From assembly GCF_009914755.1 (NCBI RefSeq), contig NC_060936.1: 64,000 bases of DNA; one strand, written 5' to 3'. Of the stretch, positions 58,490 to 64,000 are shown piece after piece. Below the pieces are notes generated by a model. The model saw only the letters and a program-made list of their open reading frames with translations, was not told where the DNA came from and did no database searches. A program made the position numbers and the translations under genes. Origin of the DNA: the human T2T-CHM13v2.0 reference genome, Homo sapiens. Position 1 is the first letter of the stretch. Every line of letters begins with the position of its first letter.

Positions 58490-60296
58490 TTTTAAAGAAA
58501 TCATTCACATGTAACTAACTATCACTTAGGAAGGGCAACTTTTATGGAAAAGAAATGATACATGCCCTCTCCAAAGAATCTTTTTTTTTTTTTTTTGCTT
58601 GATTTGCAGGAATCTGTCATGGAGAAAGACAGTTAGTAACTCCCTTCAAACTTAGTAGCAGGGAATAGCATGATGGAAAGAATGTTTATTAGATTGCCAC
58701 TCTCTAGTTGTATAACTTCAGGAAGGGCATTCAACCTGTGAGTCTCAGATTTTAGTGGTAAAATAATATGTACCTCAGTGTTGCTATGAGGATTCAATCA
58801 TAATCCTCATATAATAATGATATGATACAATAATAATATAGAAGTGCCTACCACCTATCACCAAACATTACCTAGACAATATACCCATCATCATAATATA
58901 AAATTGAATAGCCAGTTACAATTTATGTAAGAGTACTCAAATACAAAGAAGGTTGTAATTATGGAGATAAAGTCTAGGTAATGAACTGATTGTTTCACTA
59001 ATGTTTACATTTTTACATCTATGGCCTCTCAGTTCCAGCACAATAAATGGTGGCTTCCTTTCTTAACCTTTCCTAATATCCTATCCAAGTTTCTATAATG
59101 AAATCAGCTGTTTATCCCAATGGACAATTCTAACTTCCTAGGTGTTAGGAGCACCTATCTCATTTACCAACTCACTCACCAATGAATCAAAAAAGCAACC
59201 CAAAACCAAAAGAAAATGTCAAGTATTGGGTTCAAGCCCTAGATTCAACTACTTTACCATCTGCATGATTTTAGGCATGTTGATCTTTCTAGACTCAAAA
59301 TTTTTCAGCTGTAAAATGATAATCTATAGTTGCTTTACAAATCTTTGTGGGTTTTATGTAAAGATAAAAAAACTCATACTCTTCGGCTTTGTAAATTTGG
59401 ATCTTTCATAAATACAATTAATAGTATTGTTTCTTTTATTGGTATATATGAATATATTCAACTTAAGTAAAACTAGTTTATGATTCTATATGTTTACAAT
59501 GTGTAACAGATTTATTTTCTGTTACAAATTATACCCTAGAGAGAAATTAAAACCTGGAATCTGTGAAAAGGCAGCCAATATTTTTCTCTCCTTATCCTGG
59601 AAAGTCAGCAAATAGCAGCATAATGAGACAAGCATAGTAATTACACTATTTGCAGAACTAATTCTATGTGATATGATGAAGATGTCCTCCTGGCCCTCAA
59701 TAAAACACAAATAAGCAATTTTGTCTGACAAAGCATTATTTTTAAAAGACAGTAATTCACTCCTTACCTTTATCTTCTTTCACTTTCCACTCTAGGATTT
59801 TGTATTATTTTGCAAAGTAGAGATGATTCATTTCTGAAAAATGGCAACCATTTTCAGTGTTGGCATAGGAGGGTGACAATATTGTTGGTGAATAATTCTG
59901 AGCGCATGTCTCTATACAACATCCTAGATTCTCCAGCCTCTTTTGATGACCAAACATGTCTATTTCATTTTTATCTTCTGTTTTCTAATAAAAACCTAAG
60001 TTGTTTTTGAGCCAGATTATGGGATCAATAAACTAAGCACTTTAAAGTGTATATATTCAATCTGTAACTAATTGCCCATAAAACATCACTGGAAATTAAA
60101 TGAGGGAGAAGAATGTATTTATCAGAAATCATCTTGAGAGTGTCCTACATGTTACTGAATTGAATGCTCCTTTATTGCGATGTATGCTGGAAGAAAGGGG
60201 TTTTTCATGAAGCACAACTTCCCTCCCTATACCCTCCCACAAGTCCCTCCTCACAAAGGTGTATGAAATGGACCCTAAACTACCTTGTAAGGATGT

Positions 60297-60659
60297 CATC
60301 AAGGTGTCAGCAGGATTGTATTCCTTCTGGAGGCTTTAGAGCAGAATCCATTTCCTTAACCTTCCCAGTTCCTAGAGGCCTCCTGCCTTCCTTGGCCTGT
60401 GGTCCCTTTCTCAAATCACTCTGACCTCTGCTTCCATCATCATGTCTCCTTCGGTCATTCTGACCTTCCTTCCTCCATTTTCTAAGACTCCTTGTAATTA
60501 TGTTGGACCTACTGAACAGGCCGGGGTACTATTCTCATCTCATGATGCTTAACCTAACCATATCTGCAAAGTATCTTTTGCCACTTAAGGTAACACATTC
60601 ACCAGTTGTAGAGATTAGGAGGTAGACACCCCTGGGGAGCCATTATTCTTCTTAGCATA
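60297..60659 (-). mobile_element. MLT1C/D MaLR LTR fragment
   Basis: atcaaggtgtcagcagg...ccttctggaggct...atctgcaaagtatcttttgcc...ggggagccattattc. Confidence 0.8.
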
Positions 60660-61135
60660 CTGCATATACTATTCTGGAATAAAAAGGATGTGAATTTAAA
60701 CCCTGAATCATTATTTGTTCTATAGGACTTTAAGCAGATTGCTGAAATAGTAACCTCTTTCCAAAGCTATAAATTGGTGATCTTAGTTATATCTGCCTCA
60801 TAGAGTCGTTGTGAGAGTCAAATAGGCCACAAAGCTAGTTGAATAATGCCAACACAGTGACTACATCTTATTCTCTAGACTAATATTTCTCAAATTTCAG
60901 TGACTAATGACCCTTTTCAAGAAAAAAATTTCTCTTCAGCATTGATAAAATATATAAATTATTTTGTTACTTAAATAAGTACAGCATAAAACTGAGTTAG
61001 CTTTTGTTTACAATTCTTAAACAAATATATGAAGCAAATTTACAGGGCAAATTAATAGACTTAAGCAATGCTTGTAACCTAAATTGCATACTTGCTACTA
61101 TGCCATTGGACTTTTCCAGTTAGACTTTCTTACTA

Positions 61136-61453
<318 letters not shown>

Positions 61454-61654
61454 AGTGTTCATATTTGCTATAGTTTTATGATACCCAAAAGCTCTCACCA
61501 TCTTTCAATATTCAAATTATGCATTGGGAAACATTTATGAGTAGGATGGTCAGCCATGTTATCATTGGGCCTCCACACATCGCCAGCCTGGGTATAAACA
61601 TAAAATCAAACACAAGTGGCTAGTTCACATTGCAGTATCAACTCTAAGAACATC

Positions 61655-62060
<406 letters not shown>

Positions 62061-63428
62061 TTTTAAAATTTTTATAGAGAATTATGTACCTTTAGACAAT
62101 GTCTAAAAAAGCTGCTGCTTAGGAAACACTATAGTAGATGGCCGGCCATGAGAAAAGGAGTTATTTCTGTTGTATTAACTGCTTTTTTCCCTAGTGCTTA
62201 GTGCTTAATAAACACTTGTTGAAAGATTGAAATTCCAGTTTAAAAGGCAAACTGTGTATATAAATTATGTTTTCAAACTAAGAAGTTCTGTGATGGAATA
62301 GATGTACTAGGGACAGAGATAAAATGTATAGATCTTTTGTTTATCAAAAGATACATGAACCTATTTAAAATAAATGCTTTTCACATAGCTAATTATTTCA
62401 CCATGTTCACCATAAATAAACAAATCAAATTTTAATTATTGTTGTTCTATGAATAATGACCATCAATTTTTAGGTTAAAATATTTTGATTTATTAATCAT
62501 GCTAAATGAACACTGTCAAAACAACAGATTTTATGGAAACTAAGACAACATCAAAGGTACAATATACATGTTGTTATCGGTACTAATTAATGTCTTTACA
62601 TATCTACTAACTTCACTGTAGAGAATAAATATGTTTCTGCAAATTTATACACAAATTCTAATTTTAACAATCGAATCTTTCTTTTACTAAACTAGGGCAT
62701 TTGCTGTGGAAAGGAACCCTTATTCTTTTTGGTGTTGTAGTTCTTGTTTTGCTTTCAAACAATGAAAACATTATGTAATTTGAAAAATTATCCCCATGCT
62801 GTTTGTGTTGTAAATCCATGTTTGTTTATTAAAGCTTTTACTCTTGAGACTATATTGATAACAATCTAAATATTTTACCTTCATCTTATATAAGCTTCAC
62901 ATGTTGGTATTAAAAAATCCTCTTGTAATAAACACAACTCTAAGAGTTTAATGTTTACATGCTAGAGAAATGAAATAAGCTTATCAATGATGAAATAGAT
63001 ATATGTATCCTACTTTCTGGAAAATAACATGTTTCATTACTTGGCTGTTTGATTTACAAAAATTATAGATTGTATCGGATGTCCCATGAATGTGCCTGGT
63101 AAAATATAATGGAATACTTATATTTCTCTTAAGAATACTCTAATATAATATATTTGTATTTCTCTGAATTTGAAGGGAACAGCCTAAAACTATCAAAATG
63201 CAAATGTAACATAATTTTGCCAGGAACCTACTCCTTCATCAGGAAATATAGACCACAATAATTTAATTCATGCTGGAAAACAATGCTTTCCATTAGCACA
63301 GTTTTATTTTCAAAACCAGAATAAATTGTTGATTTAGAAGTAGTCTCAGTCCTCATCTTTGGAAAGATTCCGTTTTTCTTATTCAGGCTACAAGTACTTG
63401 TAAAAGAGTGTATAAAAATATTTCACCT

Positions 63429-63578
63429 GTGGGGGGAAGGGGGAGGGATAGCATTTGGAGATATACCTAATGTTAAATGACGAGTTACTGGGTGCAGCAC
63501 ACCAACATGGCACATGTATACATATGTAACAAACCTGCACGTTGTGCACATGTACCCTAAAACTTAAAGTATAATAAA
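63429..63578 (+). mobile_element. Very short (about 150 bp) L1PA4-5-like 3'UTR insertion
   Basis: gggagggatagcatttggagatatacc...aaacttaaagtataata, flanked by atttcacct on both sides (ending at 63428 and 63592). Confidence 0.92.
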
Positions 63579-64000
63579 CAAAAATTTCACCTAACCACAT
63601 TCATTTTGGCTACCTAGTTTAATGTGAATTACCTTGAAAGAGGGGATTAACGGGCATGACTGTGGACCATAAAATATGTAATAGATAAATATTCTTGAAA
63701 AACAGTGACTCTTAAAGAGTTAGTATATTTTTCACTCATCTTGGAACCTGCAGTAATATTGATGTCCTTGAATAAAGTGATATATTTAGAACAGATGACT
63801 GGCTGCTATGGGGATTTAAATAACCTATGATTTTAAAATTGTCTATTTCTCTACTTTTTAATTTTCTTCTGAAAATAAATTTGAATGCACTTCTTCAAAT
63901 CTTTCACATTTTCATACCTCTTTACTTTTTCTTGTGCTGATATCTCTAAATGGAATGCTCCCTCCTCCTACCCACACCTCCTTTTTTCTGACATGTAACT

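Overview
Hominoid (human-like) non-coding genomic DNA: AT-rich, CpG-depleted and dominated by transposable elements. I found no intact protein-coding gene, rRNA, tRNA or CRISPR array. The long ORFs I could recognise are decayed L1, THE1 or ERVL reading frames or low-complexity repeats. Contents: about ten L1 pieces (two twin-primed 5'-inverted L1PA copies, one 5'-complete L1PB-type copy), nine Alus, a full-length THE1 MaLR provirus, a solo LTR12 with six CCAAT boxes, several MLT and ERVL LTRs, a piggyBac MITE (MER75), MER5/MER3-type remnants, L2/MIR pieces and a poly(A)-tailed Y3 RNA retropseudogene. The most unusual observations concern integration and repair mechanisms. (1) Three unrelated L1 copies break within about 6 nt of the same ORF2 RT position. 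(2) One of these three is a 5'-complete, tail-less, 3'-truncated L1 that still has target-site duplications and carries two ORF1-derived patches inside ORF2. (3) An ancient ~296 bp locally templated copy of MER75 plus its unique flank is pasted inside a neighbouring L1. Repeat family names come from recalled consensus sequences and need Dfam/RepeatMasker confirmation.
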